NCBI GenBank assembly: GCA_017448105.1
Contig: JAFSMC010000003.1
Span: 7,360 to 71,359 of the forward strand
Direction: 5' to 3'
From: a bacterium
GTDB taxonomy: Bacteria > Bacillota_I > Bacilli_A > Mycoplasmatales > Mycoplasmoidaceae
Length of the DNA stretch: 64,000 nucleotides
Below, one piece after another: positions 36,056-49,638 of the stretch (positions are counted from its first letter, which is position 1; the number at the start of each line of letters is the position of its first letter). A model generated the notes under the pieces. It was not told the origin of the DNA, made no database searches, and saw nothing but the letters and a program-made list of their open reading frames with translations. The position numbers and the translations under genes are program-made.

Positions 36056-36955
36056 ATGTCAATGAAAAAGTTAATTGTTATAGTAGGACCTACAAGTTCA
36101 AAAAAAACCCAACTTGCTTTACAATTAGCAAGGGATTTTAACTTGCCAATAATTAATACTGATGCTTTTCAAGTTTACAAAGAACTAAATATTGGAACTA
36201 ATAAACCGGATAAAAAAACCATTAAAGAGTACGACATTCAATTAATTGATCATATTTCTATATATGACGAATGAAATATTGCTGTTTTTCAAAAACAAGC
36301 TCAAAGAATTATTGATAAATATCACAAAGAAAAAAAAATACCTATTTTAGTTGGCGGTAGTAATTTATATGTTGATGCTTTAATTAAAAATTATGATTTA
36401 TCTTCTTCATCAAAACGATCACATGATTATGAAGACTTATCAAATGAACAATTGCATACCTTGTTATCAAAACTTGACAAACAAGAAGCTTCAAGAATTC
36501 CAATTAATAATCGTAAACGTTTGATTAGGGCTTTACAAATCATTAAAGAAACTAATCAACCAAAAAGTAAAAAGGATAGTCAAAAGCATTCATATGCTTA
36601 TGACTGCTTCATTATTTATCCAGAAATGGACAGAAAACATCTTTATGACCAAATTAACCAAAATGTAAAAGCAATGATTAATTCAGGTTGAAAAGATGAA
36701 GTAATAAAACTATTAAGCAAAGATCCTAATGTTTTTAAATTAAATGCTTTTAAAGCCATTGGTTATGGTGATGTTTATCAAGCAATTATTAATAAAAAAG
36801 AAATAAATATTGATGAAATTGCTAAAAGAACACGTCATTATGCAAAGAGACAAGTAACTTGATGTTTAAACCAATATAAAAATCTTTTTAAATACCAAAA
36901 AGATGTTAACAACACTCATTTACAACAAGAGATAAAGAAGTTTCTTCATGACTAA
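36056..36955 (+). CDS. miaA: tRNA dimethylallyltransferase
   Basis: IVIVGPTSSKKT P-loop, DAFQVYKELNIGTNKP, RHYAKRQ. Confidence 0.9.
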
Positions 36956-37997
36956 ATCGCTTTACATCCATCTCCCTTTCTGCAAATCATTTTGTAGCTA
37001 TTGTGATTTTAAAAGAGGTATGTATAAACCAAAAATTGTTGATTCTTATCTAAAACAAGTAATCAATTGTTTGAAAAAGAAATATGCAAAGAACAGTTTC
37101 AAAACTATTTATCTTGGCGGTGGTACGCCAAATTGTTTGTCTAACCAACAATTAGAGTATTTACTAAAAAATCTTAAAAATAAAATTGATAAAAACTATG
37201 AATTTACTATTGAATGTAATCCTGAGTTCATCACAAAAAAACAAGCAGAAATTTTTAAAAGAAATAATGTTAATCGGATCTCATTAGGAATTCAAACTCT
37301 TAATAAAAAAATTCTTAAGAAAGTAAATCGTCACAATCCACAAGAAATTGTAGAAAATGCACTAACAATTTTAAAAAAACAGCACCTTAATAATATTTCT
37401 TGTGATCTTATTTATGGTTTTAATAACCAAACTAAGAAAATGATTAAATATGATCTTGACTTTTTATTTAAACATACTATCAAACATATTTCATGTTATT
37501 CACTAGAAATAAAACCTCATTCTACTTTTGGTAAACAAAAATATCAAACCGATGATATTACTATTGAAAAACATCTAGAATTTATTATCAAATACTTAAA
37601 ACAACATGGATACAAACGTTACGAAGTAAGTAATTGGGCTAAACAAAATAAATATCAATCTAAACACAATGTTGCTACATGATTAACTCAACCGTGAGCA
37701 GCCATTGGTTATGGTGCGTATGGATTTGAAAATGACCATTATTATTTTTACCATGGCACAAGATTAAAATGAAAACTATCAACCAAAAAACTAAGTAAAA
37801 CAGAAAAATATCAGCAAGTTTTAATGATGGGATTAAGACTGCAAAAAGGACTGTATCTTAAAAACAAACTGTATTTTGAAGCTTATACCCATTTCAAAAA
37901 ACAACTTGAAAGTAGCAATCTTTTTGTGAAACAGAACAACTACATTAAATGTCGCAATTTAAATCTACTTGATGAACTATTAATTAAATTTTTTTAA
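36948..37997 (+). CDS. hemW: radical-SAM heme chaperone HemW (HemN-like)
   Basis: LYIHLPFCKSFCSYCDF CxxxCxxC cluster. Extends through 3 TGA to TAA at 37995. Confidence 0.85.
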
Positions 37998-38514
37998 TTG
38001 TTGATTTATCATTAGGATTTTGGCCATGTTTACGGCGATAAACATCAAAATCAATACCAAATCTAGCATATCGGTTAATACCAACTGATACTAAAGTTAG
38101 TAAAGTCGGAACAACTAAATAAACAATTAGCATAATTTGCTTTAATTCATTATTTCAATTAGTTATCCAATTATCACGCATAAAAATATAGAAAATAGCT
38201 GAAAAAACAATTGCAACAAAGAAAATACAAATAGAAAGTACGTAGATGTATATTCATTTTTTTTGAAAATGCATTTGTTTAGGAACAATGTCACGATATT
38301 CCAAAACAATAAAGAAACCAAGAACAAGAAAACTTAAAATGTTACAAATCAATGTAGGAAGAAAAATTTGCTGAAAATTTGATGCGCCATTATCAATTTT
38401 TTTGAATAAAAAATAAGTAATGGCACAACCTAAAACAACCAAAATATTAGCAATTAAAAATAAATATCATCATGGTTTTTTAGTAAGTTCACTTTTATTT
38501 TTGTTCATATCCAT
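37984..38514 (-). CDS. hypothetical 176-aa membrane protein
   Basis: Joined across TGA. About 4 helices. Its 3' end overlaps the hemW 3' end by 14 nt (convergent). Confidence 0.55.
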
Positions 38515-38580
38515 AGTTATGAAATTATAAACTATACAATAAAACAAAAATTTTTGTTTAGATTTATAATTTATAAAAAT

Positions 38581-39150
38581 ATGGCTGCAAAACTGATTTT
38601 ACTATGTGGGCCTTCAGGCTCTGGAAAAAAAACTATTTGATCTGGAATAATCAACAGACCTAAATATAATGCGATTTTTTCTGTTTCTATGACAACAAGA
38701 AAAGCAAGAAAAGGTGAAAAACATGGTGATGATTATTTCTTTGTTACTAAAAAACAATTTGAAACTGCCATTAAGAAAAAACAATTCTTAGAACATGCTA
38801 CTTACATTGATAACTACTATGGGACACCTAAAGCTTTTGTTATAGATAACTTAAAGAAAAACAAAAATGTTTTTCTTGAAATTGAAATGAATGGCGCATT
38901 ACAAATAATGAAAAACTTCTCTAATAAAAAGAAAATGTTTTCCATTTTTATTTGCCCACCATCAATAACTGAATTAAGAAAACGTTTAATGAAAAGACAT
39001 ACTGAAAATAAAGAAGTTATTGATAAAAGAATCAAACAAGCGAAATGAGAAATCTCTAAGAAAAAAATGTTTGATTATGTCATTATTAACAAAGATGTAA
39101 AAGTATCTAGAAAACAATTAAGGGAAATACTTGATAAAGAACTAGATTAA
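38581..39150 (+). CDS. gmk: guanylate kinase
   Basis: LLCGPSGSGKKT, TTRKARKGEKHGDDYFFV. Confidence 0.9.
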
Positions 39151-40193
39151 TGAATTGCATTTTTAACTACTCATTACAAGCTTTAGAAGACAAATTATTG
39201 TCTCTAAATTTAAAAAAATATAATGCTAAACAAATTTTTGAATGAATTTATAAGAAAAAAATCTTTGACTTTAAGCAAATGACTAATTTAGCTAAAAATA
39301 CTAGAGAAGTATTGGATAAAAACTTTATTTTTAATTTGTTAACTATAGTTAAAGTTTCAAGTGATAAGAAAAAAGAAGCTATTAAATTTTTATTCAAACT
39401 TTATGATGGCAATTATATTGAAACTGTTGTTATGCAATTTAACTATGGTTATTCTATTTGTATTTCAACCCAAGTTGGCTGCAATATGGGTTGCAAATTT
39501 TGTGCAAGTGGGGTCAACAAAAAAATTAGAAATCTTGAACCATCTGAAATAGTTTTACAATATCTATGTGCTTGACAATATTTAAATAAAACTAAAAAGA
39601 TCAATATTTCTAATATTGTGGTTATGGGAATTGGTGAACCATTTGAAAACTATAACAATTTAATTATTGCTTTAAAAACTTTTATCAATCCATTTGGCTT
39701 ACAAATTGGTCAAAGACATATCACTGTTTCAACTTGTGGGTTAGTACCAAAGATTCTTCATTTTGCTAAAGATATGCCTCAAGTAAATCTAGCAATAAGT
39801 TTGCATGCTGCAAATAATAATCTACGAAGTAGTTTAATGCCAATTAATAAAGTTTACAACTTAAATGTTTTAATTGAAACTTGTAAAAAATATGTAAAGA
39901 TGACTAACAGACGTCTTACTTTTGAATACATCTTACTAAAAAACATTAATGATTCACAAAAAGATGCTCTGGCATTAGTCAAACTATTAAAACCGCTACT
40001 GTGTTATGTTAACCTCATCCCTTACAATGAAACTAATTTATGCAACTACTCAAGAAGTGATAAAATAAATAATTTTTTTAATATACTAAACAAAAATAGG
40101 TTACTAGCTACCATCCGTCTTGAACGAGGCACTAAAATAGATGCTGCTTGTGGACAATTAAGAATTAAAGAATGTCAAAAAAAGAAGTTTTAA
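39150..40193 (+). CDS. rlmN: 23S rRNA/tRNA (adenine-C2)-methyltransferase RlmN
   Basis: STQVGCNMGCKFCASG radical-SAM cluster, GIGEPF, C-terminal DAACGQL. ATG overlaps the gmk TAA. Confidence 0.9.
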
Positions 40194-40921
40194 ATTTTTC
40201 CATTAAGTCTCATACCTTAAAAGGTCTAAGACCTACCAATCAAGATACTGTTATCTTTGCAAAAAGCCAAGATAAAAGTCAATTAGCTATTATTGCTGAT
40301 GGAATTGGCTCATTACCTAACAGTGAAAAGTGTAGTGAAATAATTTGCAAGGTTTTTGTTGATTGTTTTAAAAATAGAAATATTAATAACTACTCAAAAT
40401 GGTTTAAAGAAACTCTACAAGAATGTCATTGTAAAATTGTTGAATATTCTAAACAAAATCTTAATAATCAAAACATTGGTTCTACAATTGCTGTAGCAAT
40501 TGTAAAAGACGACAAATTATCTTTCTTCCACATCGGTGACACAAGAATATATTTGATAAGAGGCCATAAAGTAAAACAACTAACTCAAGACCATAATTAC
40601 AAAACTTTCTTACTTAGAAAGAAAGCTAGCAATAAAGAACTTGTAGCTTCTATGTATAAATGAAAAGCTCTAACTAACTTTATTGATGTTATGAATCCAA
40701 AGATGGCCATTTTTGAAGCTAATTCTTTAACATTAAAGAAAGGTGACTTTGTTTGATTAAGTTCTGATGGTTGCTATGACTATGTAGATGGCAAGAGTTT
40801 AAAAAAGATTCTTTCTGATCCTAAAACAAGTTTAGCACAAAAAACAGCATTATTAAACTCTTTAGCTTTATCTAATGGAAGTAATGATAACTTGTCAAAC
40901 ATTATTATTAAGGTTTGATAG
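40172..40921 (+). CDS. stp: PP2C-family Ser/Thr phosphatase
   Basis: RPTNQDT, ADGIGS, GDTRIY, SDG motifs. Conserved rlmN-stp-prkC order. Confidence 0.85.
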
Positions 40922-40927
40922 CCAACT

Positions 40928-42043
40928 ATGGAACATGACTTTAAAAAACCTAATGGTTTAATAATTGAATCTAAATATCAAATTGATGAACCGTTTTCCA
41001 AAGGCGGAATGAGTAGTGAACTTTACTCTGGTCATCTTGTTGATAAACCTGATAAGAAAATTATCATCAAAATCATCTATAAAACTAAAGAAACTGAAAA
41101 ATATTGACAACGATTTATTGATGAAACCATAACTAACAATCGTTTGGCAGGCAGAACAAACATTGTTGATACTCTTGATTCTTTCTATTCTGATAATGAA
41201 ATCTATATAATTATGGATCATGTTGAAGGCAAAACCTTACGCCATTATCTTAATAACCATGGTTGTATCATTCCTCAAGTAGCAATTAAGGTTTTTAGAG
41301 AAATTTTAATTCCTATTAAAATCATGCATGATTTTAAACATCAAATTATTCACCGTGATTTAAAACCAGAAAACATTATTGTTTCAGACGACTTAACTAA
41401 AGTCACATTAATTGACTTTGGTATTTCTTCTGTTATTGATAACACTTTGAAAACAATGTCACATGATAATACTAACTTAAGCAGATGCATAACTGATGAA
41501 AAAGATGTTTGGGGAACATATTCTTATTTACTACCAGACCTAATTGACTATGACAATAATATCGAAAAAGCATTTAAAAATGGTATCACAGTAGAATTTG
41601 ACTTTTTCTCCTTAGGAGTTATTTTATATGAGATGCTAATTGGCGAAAAACCATTTATTGGTGATGATAATAGCAAGATAATGACTTATCCTAAAAAATA
41701 TGACATGCCACCAATCTCACAATCTAATCCACATATCCCTACAAGATTAGAAAATGTTGTTTTTCGTTGTCTAGCATGCAAGCCTGAAGATAAAAAATAT
41801 CGTTTTAAAAATGCTGATGAAATTATTCATGAAATCGATGAAATCATTAAATTTTGAGGCAGACCTGAAAACAACACACCTTTAATTAAACCTTATAGAC
41901 AACGTATATATAAAGGTTACCAAAACTTCAATATTGATTTTATTAAGAAAAAACAGCCAATTATTAAACAATGATACTTTTTTATTATTGTGATTTGTAT
42001 AGTAGTTGTAATATCAATTAGCACAATAATTGTTTTAAAATAA
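40928..42043 (+). CDS. prkC: Hanks-type Ser/Thr protein kinase ending in a single TM helix
   Basis: HRDLKPENI, DFGIS. C-terminal WYFFIIVICIVVVISISTIIVLK is followed directly by the stop. Confidence 0.85.
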
Positions 42044-42112
42044 TCCACAGTGTTTTGTTTAATAAAGAACAAAACAATTATTAAAATATTAAATAGAAAG
42101 TAGATTAAAACC

Positions 42113-43921
42113 ATGAAGCAAAAAATTTCTAAATATGATTGAGACTTAGAATGTCTTTTAAAAAATAAACCACTCGATTGATGAATCAAAAAGTGACAAG
42201 AATCATTAGATTATGATGTTAAGAATCAAAATCACTTTTATAAATCAAAAAAACAATTTATCCAATGACTAGATAAAAGTCTTGAACAAGACAAAATTGA
42301 AAATGTGCTTTTTAATTATGTTTCCAACCATGCTAATGAAGATACAACTAACCAAAAATGAATAGCAATTGGTCAAAAAATAAATTTTATTGCTATTAAA
42401 TACAACCAGTTGCTATCAAAATTAACAAATATTATCTTAAAGAATCAAAAAACTATTCAAAAATACTTGGAAGATAAACAATTAAAGAAATATAAACGTG
42501 AGTTCTATTTAATCTTTAGACAAAAACCTCATATTCTAAAGGAAGCTTATGAAAATTTACTATCACGTTTAAGTGGAACAATTAATAATACTGGAGATAT
42601 CTTTTCCACTTTAACTAATAGTGATTTGGAGTTTAGCGAACCTGTTAGTGATAATAAAAATAAGAAACATCACATTAAAAATGCTTATGACTTAATTAAA
42701 ATCCTTGAAACCTCTAATGACAGAGTTCTAAGAAAGAGTGCATGAATTTGCTTTCATAAAACATACTACAAGCATCGTAATACTCTATCAAAAACTCTTT
42801 TCTATAACTTCTTGTCTGAAAATAAAAAAGACAAGATACGCAATTTTAAAGGTTATGTAGATAAATGTCTTTTTGCTGATGAAGTCAGTGAAAAAACTTT
42901 AACCAACATTTATAAAAATGTTGAATCTTTTAAAAACCTTGTTTATAAGTTCAAAAAAATTAGAAATAAACACTTGCAAACTGTATTAAAACTTAAAAAT
43001 ATTGAACCATGAGATTTAAGTTTCAACTATTTAACTACTAATAAAATTAGCATTGAAGAAGCAAAGAAAGATATTTTGATGGCATTAAAACCTTTAGGTG
43101 ATAAGTATACAAAGATTGTTAAAAAAGCTTTTAATGAACATTGAATAAGCTTTATGCCTAAAAAAGGTAAACTCACTGGTGCATATTCTATTGGTGGAAC
43201 ATATGGTTTAAAGAAAATTTATATCTTAATGAACTTTGTGGGTAGTTTAAACTCAGTAAAAACCTTAGCCCATGAAATCGGTCACTCAGTTCAAAGTTAT
43301 CTTTTCAATCAAAAACAAGATATTTATGCTAATGTAGCAATTTTTTATGCTGAAATTGCAAGCATTTGTAATGAAACATTATTATTTTTCTACTTACTAA
43401 AAAAATATCAAAACCAACCTAAGATTAAGAAATATTTAATTATCAATTTTATTAATGATTTCTTTGGTGCTACTACTAGACAAATTATCTTTTCAGAATT
43501 TGAATACAATACTGCTAACATGATCAACAATGACCAACCATTCACTGCTGATATGGGATTAGATATGTATTTAAAATTAATTAAGAAGTATGAAAACTTA
43601 TCTCCTAGTCAAGAAAAAAACCTACAAACTTTACCATACAAATATAGCTTATCTACTATTTTTAGAATTGATCACTTTTATATGAATAGCTTATATGTTT
43701 ACAAATATGCTATAGGTCAAATTGTTGGTCTTTATATTGCGTCAAGAATCTTTAAAAAAGATAAAGTTGTTTTAAAAAGATACTTTAACTTCTTAGAATC
43801 AGGTGATAGTCTAAATCCATTAGATACTATTGCTTTACTTGGTGTTGATTTAAGTAACAAAAAGATTTATGATGAAGCAAAACAAACTTTAACTAAACTA
43901 ATTGAGCAATTAAAATTGTAA
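42113..43921 (+). CDS. pepF: oligoendopeptidase F (M3B)
   Basis: HEIGHSVQSY zinc site. Four same-frame pieces joined across TGA. Confidence 0.9.
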
Positions 43922-43943
43922 TTAATCAATATAATAGTTTAAT

Positions 43944-44252
43944 ATGGCAATGAATAATTTTTTACAACAAGCACAACGTTTACAAAAAGAGCTTTTAAAG
44001 AAGCAAGAAGCATTTTTTAAAAAAGAATTTGCTTTTGACTATGGCAATGGTGCTATTATCATTACTATTTTAGGTTCATCAGAAATTAAAAACATCACAA
44101 TAAAAAAAGAATTAATTGATCCAGAAGACCCAATCACTTTACAAGAAATGATTGCTGAAGCAATTAATTCTGCTTATCGCCAAGTTAAAGCAAAACTTGA
44201 TGACATTACTTCACAAGCAATGCCATCAAGTTTTGGCAATGGATTATTTTAA
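43944..44252 (+). CDS. ybaB: YbaB/EbfC nucleoid-associated protein
   Basis: 102 aa. LQQAQRLQKEL...GGAIIITILGSSEIKNITI pattern. Confidence 0.85.
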   Translation: MAMNNFLQQAQRLQKELLKKQEAFFKKEFAFDYGNGAIIITILGSSEIKNITIKKELIDPEDPITLQEMIAEAINSAYRQVKAKLDDITSQAMPSSFGNGLF

Positions 44253-46159
44253 TTATTTTCTGTGTAAGCACTATCTAAATATTCGCTTATTTTAGTAAAA
44301 TCAAATAAGTCTGCACAATCAAATCTTTGTTCATCATAATTATAAGAAACTTCAAGTTCTTTATCAGGCTCTACACCAGCATCAATATTGTTACCAGCTT
44401 GGTCTGTTAAACATGAGTATGATGAATGACAATAGCATAAACCATCAGCAGTTGTTGAATACATTACAGAACAACAACCACCACCGCTTCTCATCCCAAT
44501 GATTTTATAACCATACTCTTTTAAAATACATGGTAATAAATTACCACAAGAAAAAGAACATTGTGTAGTTAAAATACCAATTTTTAAACCATCTATGTTT
44601 TCATGTGCTCATAATTCATCATTTTTATCAAAAACGCCATCCAGATTAAGATCAATAGAAATGTCTGAAGATGAGTGAGACTTATTTAAAACGTCATTCG
44701 CGTCAATATTGCACTTACTATGGTTAAGTAAACCAACTATACCCATTAAAGATCCAAGGGTTCCACCACCATTAGAAGCTAAATCCAAAACAACTTTATC
44801 CATACCTTCAGCTTTAGCTTGAATAAATTTATCCCTAACAAAAGCAAACGAATCATTAGTAATTAATTCGTTAAGCAGTTTTTCTTTTTCAACTTTTGAA
44901 CCATTATTATAAAATTCATCTCATTTAGGAAAGTCTATGTGAAAATGATCAAAACCAATATAAGCAATTTTTTCATTAGGAAAAGTTTTGTAATAAAAAC
45001 CATTTTTATCAGTTACATCTTCTGGTAAATCGAAAGTATCGTTTCTTTGGGCTACAACTGAATCTAATAAGCAAAAATATATGTAATTAAAAAATTGTTG
45101 TTCATCTATTAAAGGCTTAAAATCTTCATCAATAGTGGCATTCCTCATAGCTGTAAAAACACTAAACCTATTTGCATAATTTAAAGCATAAATATTTACA
45201 TCTGGATAATTCACCACGGTGTGACCGCCATCATCTAATCCAGCAAATAATGCAACCATACCTTGTAAATATTTAGATTTATCTTGTGATAATAAATATT
45301 CCTTAATTTTTGGGTATTTTCATTCGAGCAAGCCATTAAGACCTAATGATACAAGATTGTTATCACCAAATAATAATTGACTTGTATAACCTCTTAAATT
45401 ATCAAAAGTAAAGCATAGTTGATTGTAAACATATTCAGCAAGATCTTTTGGTCTTTGTGTTTGCATATTACCAAGTACTTCATAGTATTTATCACCATAG
45501 TAATCTAGATCACGTTCGTTTCCTTGAATATTGCCATATTGATCAAAAATATAAATATCTTGACCATTATAAGCAATGTTATAACCACGAGTACAACCAA
45601 ACATATCATTTAAAAATTGCAATGGAACATAAACATCATTAAAATCATTGAAGATTTTAATTGAATAATTGTCAAGTTGGATTGATTTAATACTAGGTGG
45701 AGTATTTATTGTATCCTCTTCTTCAGTATCACAAATAAAAGTTTTAGAAGTTTTAGGAATAGCATCATGGTATTGATCAAGCGAATCTAGACCATTAGTC
45801 ATAAAAGTGTTTTGTGGTCCAGTTACAAATGAAATAAACTCAGGATTATTTTTCTCATGACGATAAACATAAACATTACCATCAAAACCTAATCTTTCCA
45901 TGTAAATATCTGTTTTGTAAAATTTTTTGAAGAATTGTCTAACACCAATATATGGAACATTAGGTCTAGATTCAAAAAATCGTAATGAAATAAAAGAAGA
46001 AGCTACTGCTTTTCCTTGATTAACTTCCTCATATATAGCAATATCCCTAGTTTTGTAGTCTTCAGAATACTGATGGATAGTGACACAAGAACTTAAACTT
46101 GTAATTCCACTTGCTACTAATGGTAATAATGATAAACCTAGTTTTAAACTTTTTTTCAT
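44249..46159 (-). CDS. lipoprotein with peptidase-S41-like C-terminal region
   Basis: Four same-frame ORFs joined (636 aa). Lipobox LVASGITSLSS-C. VVLDLASNGGG and QCSFSCGN resemble S41 motifs. Cys-rich tail. Confidence 0.6.
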
Positions 46160-46196
46160 AGTTTTTTACATTATATGAGATATGAATATTAAAAAT

Positions 46197-46233
46197 AAAG
46201 CACCACACACATGTTTTAACTTAGTGCTGCTTT
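46197..46233 (-). terminator. candidate intrinsic terminator after dnaG
   Basis: 9/10-bp stem AAAGCAGCAC/GTGGTGCTTT with a 17-nt loop, followed on the minus strand by ATTTTTAATA. Confidence 0.35.
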
Positions 46234-46291
46234 ATTTCTAACCTGACACAATTCGTACCACACGTTGTGATGCACTCAAATTATAAGATAA

Positions 46292-48175
46292 TTACTTGTG
46301 TATTTTCTTATTTAATATCGTAATTAGAGATCTAATTTTTTGTCTTTCAGTTTGAGAAGTAGTAGTTTTTAGTTTTTGTTCTAGTTGTTCTAATTTAAGT
46401 TCTCAACACAATTTATCAAATTGTTGAGCTATACCACTATAACGATTACTTTTATAAGTTTGAATATGATGTTCTTTCTTTAAATCCACAAATTTATCAT
46501 ATTCATCCATGATTAAACGTAAAGTTTTTTGACTAATTTTTTGGCTTTTATTTAAGTCTTGAAAAACTAATTCAAAATTCAAATGCTCTGGGTCATCTAC
46601 ACTAGCAAGATATTTAATAAAAGTCAAAATATCATCAATTGCTTTAACATGAGATATTTCCTTATGATGCAAGATATCATACAGTTTACTAGCTAATGAA
46701 GGAGCAAAGAAAAGTACACTTAAAATTTTATGAACACAAGATTCAAGATTCTTTAAGATTCTTTTTTCATTTTCACTTTTTACTTTAGTAGTTTCATCTC
46801 TTAGTTCTTTATAAACACTGTCATCTCTAACAGCAAAACGACTAGTAACTAATTTCTTATAAGTAACATTTAAATCTTCTGGATCTAAATTAGTGATCTT
46901 AGCAATTAGATCACGATATTTGCTTCAGTATAAACTATTACCATGCCTAGCAATTAAAGTTAAGATTTGGGTTACTAATGAAACAGTATTAGATAAATTT
47001 AGTGAAACTAAAGTATGCTGTATATAAAAAAGAAAGAAATCAATTAAATTGTTATCATTTAATAAATCTAAAACTTGTTTTTTGCCTTCATTAACCAAAA
47101 TATCATTAACATCTTTATATTTAGTAGCATTTTTAACAACAAAAAGTTGATAACCACCTCTTAAAAGTTGTAGTCCAATTGATAAAGTGTTTTTTCTTCC
47201 AGCATCATCATTATCTAAACATAAGATAATATTTTTTATTGATTTAATTTGTCTTAAGATGTTTAAATGACTTGCAGTAAAAGCTGTTCCCATTAAAGCT
47301 ACCGCACCATATTTAGAAGTGTTTAGTCCTGCTTCATATAAACTAATTAAATCAATATTGCCTTCTAAGATCACTAAAGTATTAATATTAGAATGATAAA
47401 CTTGATCTAAATTGTAAAAAACCTCAGCCTTATGAAATAAAAAAGTCTCTCTGGAAATTAAATATTTAACTGTCTCTGTTTTATCAATGTTCCGGCCAAT
47501 AAAACCAATAATAAAACCATTTTTATCTTTAATGGGAAAAATAATTCGATTAAAGAAATAATCTACTACATTTGATGTTTGTTCATTAATGTTAATTAAT
47601 GAAGCTTTTAATAAATCATCAGCATTAAAGGTTTCTTCTCCTTGATTATTTTGTTCAGTAATTAAATCAAATAAAATGGTTTTAGCATTGTCTTTACCAC
47701 AAAAACCAAGATTAAATTGTTTAATAGTTTCTAAAGATAATTTTCTTTCTAACAAATAATTCAAATACTTTTTATTACTTTCATTAAATAATAAGATTTG
47801 AAATAAATCATTAGCTTTATTATTCAAACTATAAAAATGAGATTGATAAGGATTGTAATTTTTAGAATTTTTATTATTAAAATAATCATCAATCTCTTTT
47901 TGGCTAAAACCTGAAGCTAGTGCTACTTCTTTTAAAGCTTCACCAAAACTAATTTTCTTAATTTTTTGAACAAAAGTGATAACATTGCCACTAGTATTAC
48001 AACTAAAACACTTAAAAATTTTCTTCTTATTAGAAACAGACATAGATGGGTTTTTGTCTGGATGAAAAGGACATAGACCAAAATAGTTAGCACCCATTTT
48101 CTTTAAAGAAACATATTTACTAACAATATCAACGATATTTGTTCTTTCAATGACCTGATCAATAAAGGAAGACAT
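46292..48175 (-). CDS. dnaG: DNA primase
   Basis: Zinc finger CPFHPDKNPSMSV...CFSC. Toprim LEGNIDLIS...DNDDAG. Continues through TGA (46925) to TAA at 46292. 627 aa. Confidence 0.9.
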
Positions 48176-48197
48176 ACAAAAATAATTATATATATAA

Positions 48198-48222
48198 AAG
48201 AGTAAACAATAATTGTTTACTC
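48198..48222 (-). terminator. intrinsic terminator after glyQS
   Basis: Perfect 10-bp stem AGAGTAAACA/TGTTTACTCT with a 5-nt loop, followed on the minus strand by TTTTATATATA. Confidence 0.6.
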
Positions 48223-48261
48223 TATTAATAATTAAGTCATTTAAATAATTGTTGTTACAAA

Positions 48262-49638
48262 TTATTTATTTGCTTTATTCAAATATGCAATAATTTCACT
48301 AATTTTGATTCTTTCTTGTTTCATTGAATCACGGTTTCTGATAGTAACACAATGATCTTTATCACTATCAAAATCATAAGTAAGACAATACATAGTACCA
48401 ATAGCATCTTGTCTACGGTATCTTTTGCCAATTGAACCAGTAATATCAAAAGCACAAGAAAGATTAGCTTTTAAAATTTGTTCAAAGATTTTATTAGCTT
48501 GTTTTTCTAATTTATTACTTAATGGTAAAACTGCAACTTTATATGGGCAAAGAGCATATGGTAAATGTAAAACTTCTCTTTCATCATTGCCAACTTTTTC
48601 AATGGCATATTTTTCACAAATTAGAGCATATAGTAAACGTTCTACCCCAACTGATGGTTCAATCACATATGGAATAAATCGCTTATTAGTTTTAGGGTCA
48701 AGATAAGCTAATGTCTTCTTAGAATATTTTTCATGACTTAATAAGTCAAAATCAGTTCGATTAGCTAAGCCTCATAGTTCTGATCAACCATGAGGAAAAT
48801 TATATTCAATATCAATAGTTCTAGAAGAATAATGGCTTAAATCAGCTTTAGCATGTTCATGAAGTTTAATATTTGTTTTAGAAAACATTAAATGTTTATA
48901 AAGAAAGCCTTTAATTTTTTCTAATCATACTTCAAAAGACTTTTCACTATCTTTTGGATAACAAAAAAACTCAATTTCCATTTGCTCAAATTCTCTAGTT
49001 CTAAAAATGAAATTCCCTGGGGTAATTTCGTTTCTGAAGGCTTTACCAATTTGTCCAACCCCAAAAGGAACTTTTAAATGTAAACTACGTTGGATATTAA
49101 CAAAGTTAATAAAAATCCCTTGTGCTGTTTCAGGGCGTAAGTATAAAACACTTTTTTTATCATTAACTACCCCTTGATAAGTTTGAAACATTAAATTAAA
49201 GTTTCTAATTTCAGTTCAAGCAAATTTTTTACATGATGGGCAAGTAATATGTTTATCTTTAATGATTTTTAACAAATCATTAAAAGAAGTCTTTTCATTA
49301 ATTTTTAAATCTGGATATAAAGAGAGAATTAATTTATCCACTCTAAAGCGTTGTTTACAAGCTTTGCAGTCAATTAATGGATCAGTAAATGATGATAAGT
49401 GACCAGAAGCTTTTCAAACATCAGGATTTAATAAAATAGATGAATCTAAACCAACCATATTTCTTTGACCAGTAACAAAATAACTTCATCATAAAGCTTT
49501 AAGGTTATTTTTTAATAATACTCCAACTGGACCATAATCCCAAGCATTGGCTAAACCATTGTAAATTTCACTACAAGGAAAAACAAAACCATAATTCTTT
49601 AAATAATTAACAATTTTGTCTTGAGTAAATTTAGACAT
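48262..49638 (-). CDS. glyQS: glycyl-tRNA synthetase (class II, homodimeric type)
   Basis: [58 protein letters not shown]. 458 aa across TGA. Confidence 0.9.

Noticed and set aside
46292-46925. Expected a separate gene (rpoD or a small protein, track ORF 46403-46672) downstream of dnaG
   Set aside because: It is in the same frame as dnaG and separated only by TGA. It is the C-terminal domain of a 627-aa primase.
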